Source: Eledone cirrhosa (lineage: Eukaryota). From it: 64,000 bases of DNA. The translations under genes were made by a program, and so were the position numbers. Where the stretch lies: assembly GCA_964016885.1 (NCBI GenBank), contig OZ024742.1, positions 211,172,001-211,236,000 of the forward strand, read 5' to 3'. Position 1 is the stretch's first letter. Each line of letters starts with the position of its first letter. The notes below the pieces were generated by a model. That model worked only from the letters and a program-made list of their open reading frames with translations, had not been told where the DNA came from and did not search any database. Below are positions 25,201 through 38,877 of this stretch, in pieces.

Positions 25201-28019
25201 ACTTGAAATATATTCCATTTATATTTGCATGATCTCCATAAAATAAAACTCTATTTTCACTTACTTAACCGGTTACTGTGTAGAATTTATTTTAAGGCAT
25301 AAAACACATATCTGTATTATATTCTTGTTTCTTTTAAATCTTTCAAATTAAAATTGCAATTTCCATTAAAAACCAATTTCTTTAATATATTGCAAAGAAT
25401 ACTTTGTTAGTTTTCTTCTTAAGGTACATTTAGTGAGATATTGGAAATAAGTGAACTTGCAACAAGTTTTAAATATGGTAACAAAATGTACAGATAAAAT
25501 ATATTCTTTGCAATATTATGACTGCAATTCTTATAAATTGCACAACTCAGATGTTTACACATAAAAACGAAACAAATTGTTACCTTTTTTCTTTCTTATA
25601 AAAGACATTTATGTCTACATTATGCAACCTTTCAAATTCTTTTATCTAATATAACTGTGTAAAATAATTTATTTCCTTTTTTGTTAAAATGTATATATAT
25701 TTAGCTTGTAAAAAGTGTTAAAATAAATGGATGATAAAATGTGGAAATTTTAAGTTATTTACTTGTTAAAATTGACTGAATTGTTAGGGTGGCTGTTTAC
25801 CTAACAACAGAATTGCAAAAGGTCTAACTTTAGACGACCCAGTCCACCTAACTGTAAGTAAGTATCATAAGGTGGGCACAACACTGTCACATTGGTTTTT
25901 AATTTAGGCACAAGACCAAATAATCTTTGAGAAAGAGCAAGGCTGATTAAACCAACCCCAGTACTTGACTGGAACTTTATTTTATTGACCCTGGAAGGAT
26001 GAAAGGCAAAGTTGATCTTGGTGGGATTTGAACTCAGAATGTAAAGGGCTAGAACAAATACTGCAATGACATTTTATCTGCTGCGCTACCAACCCTGTCA
26101 ATGCACCACTTTGACAGCACTGTAATATTAGCAAGTGTCTTGTTAGCTTATGTTGGCTTCGGTGCCTCCTATGGATAAAGCTTGGTGATGGGTCGGCGCC
26201 CTCAAACTTTATTTCTCTAGATACATTAGAATGGCCTTTATAACCAAATGTTTTGGGATTCACTTAGTCAGTGGATTGATTATTAATTTGCTACCACTGG
26301 TGCTGCAGAATGACCATACAACTTGGTGGTTATGGTGATGTTGATTAGCTTGCATTTAAATAACTGATACTCAGGCAAAATAAACACTACTAAATGATTT
26401 TGTTGAACAACAACCCAAATCAAACAGATATGTAATGAAAGGTATTCTAGCTTTAACAAATACATCATTATGATGAAAAAGTGAATGTAAAAACAACGAT
26501 GATGATGGGTAACTGCTTTAGCATATATTGAAAATAAGACTGATCTATTTTTAACTTTTATTAATTTTTTTCATATTTTCTTATGTGCTTTTTACAGTTG
26601 GTTTGGAACAGTAAAGTTCCTAGGTCTGTCAACATTTCTTGATATTCACAGCCTTAACCTCCGGAAGAAGTGTGTTATCATTTTATAACAGACAGTGGTA
26701 ACGAGATCGGTGCTTTATAAATAGTAACATTGTTTATGATTAGAATATGTTACCTCAGTGTTGATTCCTTGCACTGTGGTGTGTTATTAGTATCACTTTC
26801 ATAATTAATTTCTAATTTAGCCACAAGGCCAGCAAATTTAGGGAAAGGCCAAAGTTTATTAAATCAACCTCAGTACTTGGCTGCTACTTTATTTTATCGA
26901 CCCCTGGAAGGATGAAAGGCAAAGTTGACTTTGGTGTAATTCTAACTCAGAATATAAAAAGTCAGAACAAATATCACCCTTATCATTTCTATAATTAAAT
27001 GTGTAGTTTTGAAGGGGATTCTGTATATTTTGCCATCAAGTTTTGTTTTGTGTGATGTAGTACATTGTAGTTACTCTTTTTAAGATATTTAACATTAATC
27101 ACAAACAAAATCCATTCCCTAGTTGATAAAAAAATAATCAACAGTTAAATTTTAATGTCATCACAAACAAAGCACCAATCCCAATAATCATTTCTTACTT
27201 GCGATGTTTACCCCTTTAGCATTTTCACTATTCTATATATACTATTATATTTTCATGGTAAAATAATATCGAATCTATGAGATTTTGATATTTATTTTGA
27301 GAACAATACCTTAACATCAGTATCAGCAGCGGGTTACTGCCAGTTTGAACAGAAAAAGGTGAGAGAATTCTGGCCAGATATGGCTGATTTAAATGCTAAA
27401 GGGTTAAAAAGGTAGAAATAGGAATCTATGATAATCATACCTTTTCCTATTTGTGAAGTGAATTTGCTACAATAGAAATTACAAATATGACATAAACTTG
27501 GTTAACTTGAAACTTAGTTCTATTCTATGGCACTTAACAATTATAAATTTGAAATGTGTGTGTCCCTATGCAACTGATAATAATAATTGTTAATCACTAT
27601 AATTAAGAAAATCAGGTAAATTACCCCTAAACACAGAAAAAAAGGGATAAAGATGTCTGAATTTACTTTTTTCCATCTCCAGGAATACTTTAACCAGTTT
27701 TCTCAACTATTATTTACAGTGATCAACAATTATTATGATCAATTACATTGGGATGCATACATTTTAAACTTTCTCAATGTTAAGTCAACTGCCTTGTTTA
27801 TAATTATAAAATATTTAAACTTAAGAACAATAACAGAAATTCACTCTTATAGTGATTTGTGAAATTAATGCACTATCAGGTCAAAGCCTACACCAGTCAC
27901 TATATAGTATCCATTTTTTTTCTCTACAATGCTTCAGTGTGTTACCTAGAAAACCTGAATCATATAGCCAAAGTTCAAATCAAGTGGTTCTAAAAAGAAA
28001 TAAAGATAAATATTTTTCC

Positions 28020-28138
28020 AACAACTGCAGTGCAGGCAATAAAATAAGCATGTATTACCAACAGCTGCAGTGCAGGCAATAAAATAAGCATGTATTACCA
28101 ACAGCTGCAGTGCAGGCAGTAACATGAGCATGTATTAC
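28020..28138. repeat. Three copies of a 40-bp tandem repeat
   Basis: CTGCAGTGCAGGCAATAAAATAAGCATGTATTAC recurs at 40-nt spacing. Confidence 0.9.
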
Positions 28139-28557
28139 ATGCAACAGGATCTGTGGATATCTAGTAACCTACACGAGTCTGTGTTCATCATACTTTCCAA
28201 AATACTAAGCTGTCGCTGCAAAATACATTGGCCATTAAAAGCCAATGTATTTTGCAACTGATTTGTGCTCTGTATTTCTTGCAAGTTAACAGTGCACGTC
28301 CAACAGAAACTTACTTAATTCCTTTTTAGAAAGAATTCAGTCTACTTTATGAGAAAAAAAAAACTTTGTAAAGCCTTTAACGTCTCAAATAGTTATCAAA
28401 ACCATTCAGGTAACACCAACCACCAACAATGTTTTGGAAGCAACATTTTTTAAATAATAAAAAGTCTCAAGCTATGAGTTGAAGCTGGGAAGAACAATAA
28501 AAGACATTTTGTATTTGCTGTAATTCTTTGGTGTTAGCTTTGTAAGAAATACCTTAA

Positions 28558-28659
28558 TCATAGAGTCTCTTGATTCCTGGAATCAAGTTTACAAAACTTA
28601 CACATCTCGATATCTTGAAAATCACCATTGGATATATATATCTTGCCACACTGATTACA
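28558..28659 (-). CDS. WDR88: WDR88-like last coding exon (CNQCGKIYISNGDFQDIEMCKFCKLDSRNQETL*)
   Basis: T-rich tract and TAG acceptor. CxxC...CxFC pair like the recalled WDR88 C-terminus (CERC...CVFCRID). TGA stop. Confidence 0.85.
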   Translation of the reverse strand, partial: CNQCGKIYISNGDFQDIEMCKFCKLDSRNQETL

Positions 28660-29297
28660 CTACAATCAACAGAAAAAAAACATTTGAATTAAAAGGACAC
28701 ATTAAATGATTATTAAGTAGTCTTATTCTTCAAAGTGGTAGATAGAAATTACCTCAAAGCTCCCAAAGCCCACTCAAGGAGGAGGAGGAGGAGAACAAGG
28801 AGAAGAAGAAGAGAATATACAAACATTGATAATATTTTTTTCACTTGTATGGACGTTAAATCCTAAAAAGTCAGACATATCAAACAGAGAGACAAAGGAA
28901 CGTAAAATACATGATATAATATAATTTTTTCTACTTTTGGCACAAGGCCAGCAAATACTCAGTACATTACTGGTACTTTATTTTATCAACACTGTAAGGA
29001 TGAAAGGCAAAGTCAACCTCGACGGGATTTGAACTCAGACCGTAAAGAGACGTAACTATGCTAGAAAGCATGACGTCCAACCCTATCAGTGAAATCTCTT
29101 CTTGAATTTGAATGATCCATAACAATAAGCAGATGAGAGACAAATCTCCACTTTTGGAAAAGCAAGTAGCTTTTCCTGCAGTAAAAATTAAACACAGTAC
29201 TACAAACCAACATATTATTTGTAAATTCTATAACACTGCCACTGTTTATTGTGGTATTTACTATGGAAGAGTTGCACTGAAGTTAGGATTAACTTAC

Positions 29298-29387
29298 CTG
29301 TAATATCTTAGAGATAAATTCATCCCCAAGTTGACCTGCTGCTTTAAAAATAGTATCCCTAATATCCCAGAGACGTACAGTGTGATC
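29298..29387 (-). CDS. WDR88: WDR88-like exon (DHTVRLWDIRDTIFKAAGQLGDEFISKILQ)
   Basis: TAG/GTAAGT boundaries, 90 nt. D.T.RLWD completes the final WD40 repeat. Confidence 0.88.
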
Positions 29388-29431
29388 CTAGAATATAAGA
29401 TGGTTATAAAGAATTAAGAATTGTTTGCTGA

Positions 29432-29612
29432 GGACATGTAGTGTGAATACATAATATGGACATGTAGTATAGATACATAATATGGACATGAAGTATAGAT
29501 CTATGATGTGGACATGTAGTGTGAATACATGATATGGACATGTAGTATAGACCTATGATAGGGACATGTAGTGTGAATACATGATGTGGACATGAAATAT
29601 AGATCTATGATA
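29432..29612. repeat. About 7 degenerate copies of a ~26-bp tandem repeat (GGACATGTAGTGTGAATACATAATAT)
   Basis: Recurring GGACATGTAGT/GGACATGAAGT at roughly 26-nt spacing. Confidence 0.8.
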
Positions 29613-30093
29613 TGTTTTGAGTGAAATGTTTGTAATGTGCATGTTATTACTGGGTGGCTGAAGCGATATGTATTATGGTAATATGAATGAACAATATGAT
29701 GTATTGGATGCATGAAAATACATGTAATATATATATAGGGTATGGGTGAAAAAAACGTCTGAAAAGACATAAATACAAAAATACAAATCAATGACGTCTG
29801 TGCGTGTGGTAGAACAAGCGATAATGTAAATTATATAGCATGCATTCAGTAAAAACTATAACATTGTTTTTATTCTGCTCCAGGTCAATCTAGAACAAGC
29901 AGACCTATCGTCAAAGGCAGTCCAGTTGTGATGATCCAACGGTTTGCAAATTTTTTTCCAGACATGGTATCTAGATCTATTTTATCCAATGAATTCTTTT
30001 CTTTTTTAAGACAGTAGAATGAAAGATAATGGAGATTTGGTTGATATCTCCTGCAGGTTAAATAACAGTATAAAATTGATGCATTAGTATGTA

Positions 30094-31227
30094 TCAAGTT
30101 GGAACAAATGTCTGTCCTATTTTCAAGCCAAGAATGTTGAACAAATTTATTAAAGTTCTATCATTTACTGTTACTTAGTTATGCCATACTTCTTCCTCAA
30201 ATTATAAGAACATTATTCACAAAAACGCTGTCAACTTGACCCAATGTTTGATTCAACTAGGGAACACATTCAAGATGGTTGCAGCAGCAAAATCCATCAA
30301 GAACATTTATGGTGTTGACACAAGATATGGAAAAACGTGTAGAAAGTGGTTTTCCCTCATTTTAGAAATAGAAACTTCAGCCTAAAGGATGAACCAAGGG
30401 AAAAATGTCTAAATGGACTCAATTCAAAGATACTGGAAGCACTGGTTAGTGCAAATCCTGACATTATAGCTAGGGAACTCAGCAAGCATTTTAATGCTAA
30501 CCAAATGACAGTCCTACATTAATTGAAAAGGTTTGGAAAAGTCTCAAAGGCTGGATAATGGATCCCACATGAGCTGTCCATAGAGAATAACTAATAATAT
30601 GTCAATTATTGCAAAGCATTACATATACAACAACTCCATGTGCCATTTTTAGACAGAGTCATTATTGGGAATGACAAATGGATCCTTTTACAGTATTAAA
30701 CAGTGTCATCTGTAGCTAAACCTTCCTTGCAGCTGAGAGGAAAGCTGCAATCAAGGAAGATCTAGTTAAGTCCTAAACAATTCTGTCCTAAACAATTATA
30801 TTAAACAATAATGAAACCATCACAGCTGAGGTTTACTGTCAGCAATTTCAAAATTTGAAAATTGCTTTGGCCAAAAACTGCTCATCCTTAGTTAATAGAA
30901 AAAAATTCATTCTAAAGAAATTTGGCAAAGAAAAATTGCTTTACCCACCATATTCTCGTGACCTTCTCCTTCTGATTACCATTTATTTAGGAGTTTAAAA
31001 AATCATTTTGATAGATTTAGACTAATATCAAGAGAGAAGGTGAAAAATAAGTTTGTCACTTATTTCACATAAAAACTTAATGAATTTTATAAACATTGAT
31101 AAATAGATAGAATGAGGTTATCAAAAGCAATGGAAAACATATTGATGATTAAATGCATCCATAAAAACCACAATTTTGATATGCAAAATGCATGTTAAAA
31201 TTACATGGAACTTTTGTTCTAACCTGG
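30094..31227 (+). mobile_element. Highly decayed mariner transposon (Hsmar1/cecropia-like)
   Basis: Remnants WIPHEL (about 30559) and PPYSRDL.PSDYHLFRSL (about 30945-31000). Imperfect TIRs TCAAGTTGGAACAAA / TTTGTTCTAACCTGG with a left-hand TA. Confidence 0.7.
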
Positions 31228-31479
31228 TGCAAAAATTTGTGATTGTCTTGAAACAATGTTACCATTTCTCAATGAATCTTCACAAAATTTGGCACAGAGA
31301 TCCAAATCCATCCCAGAATAATTCATAAACAAAAAAATTCTGACTTATAAGCCCCCTCTTGAATGAAAAGAGCAGATTCATGAAAAGGGATGCAGAAAGA
31401 GAGTGTTCTAAAATAGAAGAAAATAACAAAATAGAACAGTTTAGATAACCTGCTAAAGGCTATAGACAAGATCTGTGGC

Positions 31480-31835
31480 TGGTGCAAGGCCCAGAATAAT
31501 GGAAAGTAAAATGGTGATGGAATACTAGAGTGGATGAGGCTATTAAAACTAAAAAACACATGCAGGAAAAGACTGTCAGAGAGCTATACTAAGAAGGTGA
31601 AAGAGAGTTTAGGTATCAAATGCACATAACAAGGAGAAAAGCAGAAAATAAGAAGTTTATGCATGTTTTAGGTTGTGAGGATGAAAGGCATCAAGTGTTT
31701 TGAATTGCAAGGCAGTGTGTGAGGGAAAATCAAGATGTTGTTGGGGAGAAATGGATTTGAAGTGATAATGATGTACTTACCCTCAGTGATGTTGAAAAGA
31801 GGGAAATGTGAAAGTGCCATTATGAAAGACTGTCA
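31480..31835 (+). mobile_element. Degenerate RTE LINE internal fragment
   Basis: Colinear with 52190-52570 (ARQCVRENQDVVGEK). Confidence 0.7.
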
Positions 31836-32148
31836 GCTAGTCGATTGGGTGCCATGATAAAAAGCACCCAGTCCACACTGTAAATGTGGTTGGCATTAGG
31901 AAGGCATCCAGCCATAGAAACCAAGTCAGAAATAGTTCTGTATGAGCAAGACACAGTTACATGATCTGACTTGTCTCACAATGCAATGAGACAACTCATC
32001 TAACCCATGCTAGCATGGAAAATGGACGTTAAATAGTGATAATGATGTTAAATGAGGAAAATGTATGGATCTTAGTGAAGTAGACCCAAAGGCAATTAAG
32101 GATATGAAGCCAGGCTAAAAAAATAGCTTTAAAAATAAAGTTTCTTAC

Positions 32149-32217
32149 CCGTGAACAGGAAAGTACTGCTTCCTGACTTTTGGCAATATCAACAGACTGA
32201 ATCCAATTATTATGATC
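32149..32217 (-). CDS. WDR88: WDR88-like exon (DHNNWIQSVDIAKSQEAVLSCSR)
   Basis: CAG/GTAAGA boundaries, 69 nt. Matches GHNDWVMDVAISNNKKWILSASK. Confidence 0.88.
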
Positions 32218-33156
32218 CTGATAGGTAGAAAGACAATCATAAACTATTAACAATGAAAGTGACAATAATTTAATTAAACAACAATAACCACTACCTCCAT
32301 CATCATTTACTATGTAACCCTTCCCCACAACCTCCAGGACATTTTGGCCCTTCAGGTCAGCTGACTGATCAGTCAATCATTTTGGTCCCCTGACAAACGA
32401 TTTGGCAGGAGGGAAATCAATTAAATTGACTCCAGTGCATTACTGATACTTTTTTTTACCAACCCCATAAGGATGAAAGACAAAACTAACCTTGGTGTGA
32501 TTTGAACTCAGAATGTAAAGGGCTGTAACTATATGCCACATTATCACCAACAGTGGACAGTGGAGAAAGTACAGAATGTTCAGACTATTACACTGCACTC
32601 TATATGATTAACTCCTACATGTCAGAATGTGCAATATGATCCTTAGTAAGCGGGAAATATGGTATATCTAGATTTTGGAGTCTCAATAAGGCTTTCAGAT
32701 AACTAATTGTCTACTGTTAAGTCTGTTCAATTAGAAATAGTCTGGGGATACACAATAGAAATAATAACAAAGCACTAACACCTCCATTCCCCATTAATAT
32801 CACCACCACAATCCTAATGACCGTTATTATCAGCAGCATATTGTTTCTATTAGCTGATCTACACAATAAAAGCACCCAGTACATGGTGTAAAGTGATTGG
32901 TGTTATGAAGGGCATACAGATGTAGAAAACTTGCCAAATAAGGGATTAGGAGGACCCTTCAGTTTGTGTCAAAAGACATGTAACTTCTCTATACTCGATA
33001 TGTCCATATGTAAGCAAGATACAGACTGGTCTATGTAGACCCTTCCATCCCTGGCTAGCAGGGAAAGCAGACATTAAATGATCATGATAATGATGATAAT
33101 GATGCTGATGATGATTATATATATATTAAGAGAAGATAGAATTTAAAACTCCTTAC

Positions 33157-33239
33157 AGCTAATTGAAGTTGCACACTATTTTCATTCATGTCCCATAAAA
33201 TGATGAGGTTGTCATAGCCCCCTGTCACAAGCCATCTTC
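33157..33239 (-). CDS. WDR88: WDR88-like exon (GRWLVTGGYDNLIILWDMNENSVQLQLA)
   Basis: CAG/GTAAGG boundaries, 83 nt, phase 1 to 0. Second half of a WD40 repeat ending in WD. Confidence 0.88.
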
Positions 33240-33337
33240 CTGTTAAAGACAGAATTTAATTGAAGAGAGTGTTAAGGCCAAATTCAGTTTGAAAATAACA
33301 CTCATAACAAAATGCAAAGTTGTTTCAAAATGTTATA

Positions 33338-34537
33338 CGAGAGTCAGCTGAAAGGTTCATAGGCTGACCAAGATACTCTTGTAGAATGTGACGAAATGAG
33401 GTTTATTTTTCAATATAGACCCCCTTGCAGTCCACACACTTCTTTCATCGGTGGTGCAGTGCTTGGATCCCATTGGTGAAGAAGCCTGTTGGTCAAAAAA
33501 GTCGTCAACAGCAGATATGACATTGTCATCACTGTGATACTGGTATCCAGCCAAGTACGTTTTTATGTTGGGAAACAGATGATAGTCAGATGGGGCCAAA
33601 TCAGAATAGGAAGGATGATGAACCAGTTCAAAGCCAGTGTGTGCTGGAGCATTGTCCTGATTAAACAAGACCCCTTTCGTCAATTTTCCTGGGTGTCTAG
33701 TCTTGATAGCCTTACGTAACTGTGTCAGCCAGGTGACATAGTACTCTCCATTGATGGTGTGGACCTTTGGAAGATAGACAATAAACACAATACCTTTTGC
33801 ATCCTCCAAAACTGAGGCCATCACTTTCCCTGCAGATGAAACAACCTTGGCTTTCTTTGGAACAGGTGAGGAGGGGTGTTTCCACTGCATGGATTGTCTC
33901 TTTGTCTCTAGCTCAAAGTGATCAACTCAACACTCATCCTGAGTTAGGAAACATTCAAGGAAACCAGCTGGATCAGCCTCAAATAATGTCAGATTTTCCT
34001 GGTGTGCTTTTGATCAGGTGTCAGAAGATGTGGTACCCATCAAGCAGAAATCTTTGTCATGCCAAGTTCATTGTGTAGAATATTCTCAACTTTCTCACAG
34101 GATATGCTAACAGCATTGGCTATTTGATTTATAGTCAATCACCTGTGATCCATCACCATGTGGCGAACAAGATCAATGTTTTCCTCGGTGGTAGTAGTTG
34201 CAGGACGTCCAGACCTTGGGTTATCTTCCAGACTCTCCCTTCTCCTCTTAAATTCAGCTGCCCTCTTTTGCACTGTTAATAAAGCTGGAATGTCATCCCC
34301 TAATGTAGCAACCATGTCAGCATGAATGTCTTTGGGGGCTAAACCCTTTTTCTGTAGGTACTTGATAACACCATGATGCCAAATTTTGTTCATTTTAAAG
34401 AGAAGTTGCTACTAGTTACTTTTGAAATTTTCTTTGAACAGTTAGAAAGAAACAATGCAGTTGAAATTAATGCAAGATTTCACAGCCCTAACATCACTCT
34501 TTCATAGTTAGCCTATGAACTTTTCAGCCCACCCTCG
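33338..34537 (-). mobile_element. Mariner transposon (irritans-like) with both TIRs and a frameshifted transposase, 1200 bp
   Basis: TIRs CGAGAGTCAGCTGAAAGGTTCATAGGCTGAC / GTTAGCCTATGAACTTTTCAGCCCACCCTCG with TA on both sides. HTH ORF 34139-34393, WVP motif, and catalytic ORF 33357-33890 (AGKVMASV, QDNAPAH, YS.DLAPSDY). Confidence 0.93.
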
Positions 34538-35247
34538 TAAATTAAACAAAAGATAGTAAAAAAAAAACATTTTGTAAAAGTCGTTTCTTGTATAAGTATG
34601 CCCCTTCTAGATTTATTCATTTCGTTATTCCGAGAATTGTGAATAAAAGATATTTTGTATTGCATTTTTCTTGTGTCTGTGAAATGAATATATTTTAGCA
34701 AGAAACTTTAGCATTTGTAATTGCATGAACATTCACGGCATGCTAACATATATGTATACATGCATGCACACACATGTATATATATACAGAGATACTCAAT
34801 TTAAGCTTACTGATAAATGTAAACAACTTTGAGTGAAGGTAAGGTCTCAAAGGAACCAAATTTCAATATCCATATGCGTGTGTGTGTATGTGCATGCACA
34901 CATGTGAGAATGTGTGTGTTTGTTTGCATGTATGTCTTCATATTGACTCTATAGCTTAGCAGTTCTGTGAATGAAGATCAGTGGAATAAATAACATTCTT
35001 CAAAAGATGTAAGGGCTGGCATCAGAAAGGACATTTGATAAACATAAACACTGCCTCAAAATGTCCAATCAATATTAGCATGGAAAAATGGACCTAAAAA
35101 CGATGGTAATAGTGAAAGGTTTGGTATGTCATCTGAAGCTCATAATATGCAATACAACAAAGCAATGAAATAATCAATAACTTTGACAAGGTCATTAATT
35201 TTGTTTCCACTGAAACTCAAAGTAAAAAATCAAAAAACTCAACTTAC

Positions 35248-35315
35248 CTTCTGAATCAAATGCACAACAACTAACTGAGCCCTCGTGTCCGTCTAATGGT
35301 GTTGGCCCTGCTGTT
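35248..35315 (-). CDS. WDR88: WDR88-like exon (TAGPTPLDGHEGSVSCCAFDSE)
   Basis: Minus-strand TAG/GTAAGT boundaries, 68 nt. GHEGSVS.C.F matches the recalled human WDR88 GHEGSVSSCHF. Confidence 0.85.
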
Positions 35316-35429
35316 CTAAGAGAAAAGGAATTAAATTCATTTATTTATAAAGCAGACAAACCTTCTAGATGAAGTCCTATCAATAGAATATGTTCTACAA
35401 GAATTTGAATGAAAGAGGCCTGGAAATGC

Positions 35430-36200
35430 TATTATGAGAAGTAGATGAATGTGGTGAATGAATAGGAAGGTGAAAGAGAGATTAGCCCTAGTTGACCAAC
35501 AGAGGGACCAGCTATCAAAATTGACAGTTATAAGGTCAAAGAAGAAATCAAAGAGAGGAAAAATGGTATTGCTGTTGGTTTGTCAGAGATAGTCACAGAA
35601 AAGCTGAAATCTGGGGAAGGAGAAGCCAAATTAGTCACCTGCAAAATAAATCAGGTAGTACATGATGGAATCATACACAATGACTGGTATACTGATTATT
35701 TGCTACAAGAGAAAAGGTGATGTGCTAGAAAGGAGCAACTACAGGAGCATAAAACTAATGGACCAGTTAATGAAAGAAAGTGACAGAAAGTTTTAACAAG
35801 TAGGGAACGATTCAAATTAGATGTTTATCATAGTTCTGCAGGTCATAATACAGAAGTTTAAAGCAGGTTGTGCATGGCAACTTCTGTTTGTTAATAATAA
35901 CTGGGATCAGAAAAGGATGAAAAAGTTCAAGGATCTACTACTTCTGTTTACAACAGAAGTGAAGGAAAGGCCAGCTGAATGATGCCTGTGTGTGAAGTAC
36001 AATGCTGCATGATAAAAAGAGAATGAGCAATAAATGCAGAGGATATGCAAAGGCTAGAGAGAAATGAAGTGATCAATCTCCAGTGGATGTGCAATGCTAA
36101 TGTGTGTGAATGACAAAGTATTAATGCATTGCAAGAAAAGCTGGATATAAGAGGAATCAAATGTAGTGTACAGTAGAGAAGACTGTGTTGGTATGGAATT
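35430..36200 (+). mobile_element. Degenerate RTE LINE fragments
   Basis: Colinear with parts of 52540-52960 and 53820-54100. Confidence 0.7.
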
Positions 36201-36745
36201 AAACTCACGATTGTGAGCCAAATATCCTAACCATGTGCTTTCACACACATAAATACACAACACACACATATATATATATATATATAAAATTATTGACAGA
36301 GTGAAACACACCTCAACAACATGTGTACCTGTCTTTTCCACACCAATTTGGACTGCCTGAAGAGGTCAAAGCCAATAATGGCTGTCACCGAAATATATAT
36401 AGCAGTAAATTTATAAGTCATAATAAACGAAGCCAAATTTTACATATTTGACTTACTTATTTTACATTACTCCGGAGTAAACAAACCAACCTGCATACTT
36501 CGCCGAGTGCTCCAATCTGCATACTGAGGTGTTGGTAAACAACCAACATATACTCAAAATATATATCTATATCTATATACATATATACAAACACAAACAT
36601 GCACACACACACACACACATAAACACACACACACTCATATATATACACACACACACACATATATATAGAAACATACAAACACGCACACACACACACACAC
36701 ATATATATATGTGTGTGTGTGTGTGCATGTTTATATATGTGTGTG

Positions 36746-36825
<80 letters not shown>

Positions 36826-36879
36826 CATACATACATACACAACACCACTTTACTGTGAAACCCAATATTAAAACATCTT

Positions 36880-37850
36880 TCTTCCCTCCTACATTTATTT
36901 TGTCACTCTCTCTCAAAATATTACCTTTCTCACCGCTATATACCGCTACATGCCTCACTCTCTCACTAGACCAACATTCTCCCTCTCTCGCTCTCTATAT
37001 ACCTCACTCTCTCTCAATTCCCCCTCTCACACTAGATCACCAAATTCTCTCCACTCTCTATATACCAGCACATACTTCACTCTTTATCACTCTCGTAATT
37101 CCCACTCTCTCACTGGCCCACCAAACTCTCTTCCCCTTTCTATATTCCATTACATATCTTACTCTCTTCCACACACTTAATTCCTCCTCTCTCTCTAAAC
37201 CAACAAATTCTCTCCTTCTCTCTATATCCCACTACATACCTCACTCTCTCTCACTAGACCACCAAATTCTCACCCCTCTCTATACCTCACTACATACATC
37301 ACTCTCTCTCACTAAACCAACAAACTCTCTTCCCCTCACTAGACTATCAATCAATCTCCCCCTCTCTATATACCACTACATACCTCACTCTCTCTCACTA
37401 GATGGTCAAATTCTCCCCCACTCTCTATATTCCACTACATATCTCACTATCTTACTAACCAACAAATTCTCTCCCACTCACTATATCCTACTACATATCT
37501 CACTCTCTCACTAGACCACCAAATTCTCTCCTGCTCTCTATATCTCACTACATACAAAACTCTCTCCCCCTCACACTATACACAACATACCACACTCTCT
37601 CACTAGACCACCAATCTACCTACCCATCTCTATATCCCATATCCCACTATATACCTCAGTCTCTCACTAGACCAACAAATTCTCTCCCCCTCTCTATATT
37701 CCACTACATACCTCACTCTCTCAATACCCTCTCATGAAACCAACAAATTCTCTCCCACTCTCTATATACCACTACAGACCTCACTCTCTCACAATTCCCC
37801 CTCTTACTAGACCAGCAAATTCTCACTCCCTCTCTATATCCCACTACAAT
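36880..37850. repeat. Degenerate C/T/A-rich tandem array (about 50-60-bp unit with CACTAGACCACCAAATTCTC and CCACTACATACCTCACTCTC cores)
   Basis: Repeated cores and strong G depletion on +. ORF 36711-37514 is a by-product. Confidence 0.8.
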
Positions 37851-38045
37851 ATTTTTTACTTTGAAACAACAAATATTTTCATCTTCTGTAAAGAAAGACA
37901 AAGTTCTCCATCCCATCCCCCACTTTTTGAACCCCTGGGGTGTGGGGGAGAACTTGCTTTTTTCAGGTGGTATGCTTTTGTTGAATTATTTGATAGGAGT
38001 TTAAAATATGTGGTGGTGTTCGTTTATTTTGAATCTATCTATCAA

Positions 38046-38702
38046 TCTATATACTACTAAAATTCTGTGATTGTATGCTTTTATGTAAATTAATACAGCC
38101 AAAATTGTGCATAATGGGAAAATACTTTGAAAGGAAGTTGTCCTTGAAATGGGAACACAAATGGAATAAAACAAGTTTTGCGTAAATTGGAGCACGGGTT
38201 CCCGAGATACTGAGTTTTTCTGGGTACCTTCATAAATAGAGAGAAAGAGATAGTGGTTGTGAGAGAGTAGATTGAAAAGAGACACATATATATGTGTGTG
38301 TATCTGTGACCAGTGTATATAGGTCACAGACACCCACATATATATATATATATATATATAAACACACACATATATCATCATCATTTTACGTCCACTTTTC
38401 CCTGCTTGCAGGGGTGGGACGGGAACTGATTCTGGCTTGATTTCTACAGCTGGATGCCCTTCCTAACACCAACCTCATTTACAGTGAGTGCTGGGTGCCT
38501 TTTTGGCCCTGGCACCTCCACGACCACTTTGCAGTGGAATATGGACCCCAGTCCCTATCATCTCATTTCTACAGCTGAGTAAACTGGAGCAATGTGAAAT
38601 AAAGTGTCTTGCTCAAGAAAACAACACATCGCCCAGTCTGGGAATTGAACTCTCAACCTTTCGATTGCAAGGCCAATGCTCTAACCACTAAGCCATGTGC
38701 CT

Positions 38703-38742
<40 letters not shown>

Positions 38743-38877
38743 TATATATATATGTATACACACACACATATATGGGCCTTCCAGTTTTATTTTACATTAT
38801 ATACATGTTTGTGTAAATTTTAATTATTTTTAAATAATTTTTAAGCAAACGTGACCCAACGTGTCACGGGTGGTCTA

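Noticed and set aside
29086-29175. Alternative last WDR88 exon (EKLLAFPKVEICLSSAYCYGSFKFKKRFH*) after a minus-strand CAG
   Set aside because: In frame but with no recognisable similarity, whereas 28558-28659 supplies the conserved cysteines. A minor isoform cannot be excluded.
36335-36525. Candidate upstream WDR88 exons near minus-strand donor-like sites
   Set aside because: Phase-compatible frames contain a stop or lack WD40 features.
36529-37514. Long ORFs including the 267-aa ORF
   Set aside because: Derived from (TA)n/(CA)n and a G-poor tandem array that lacks stops for compositional reasons.
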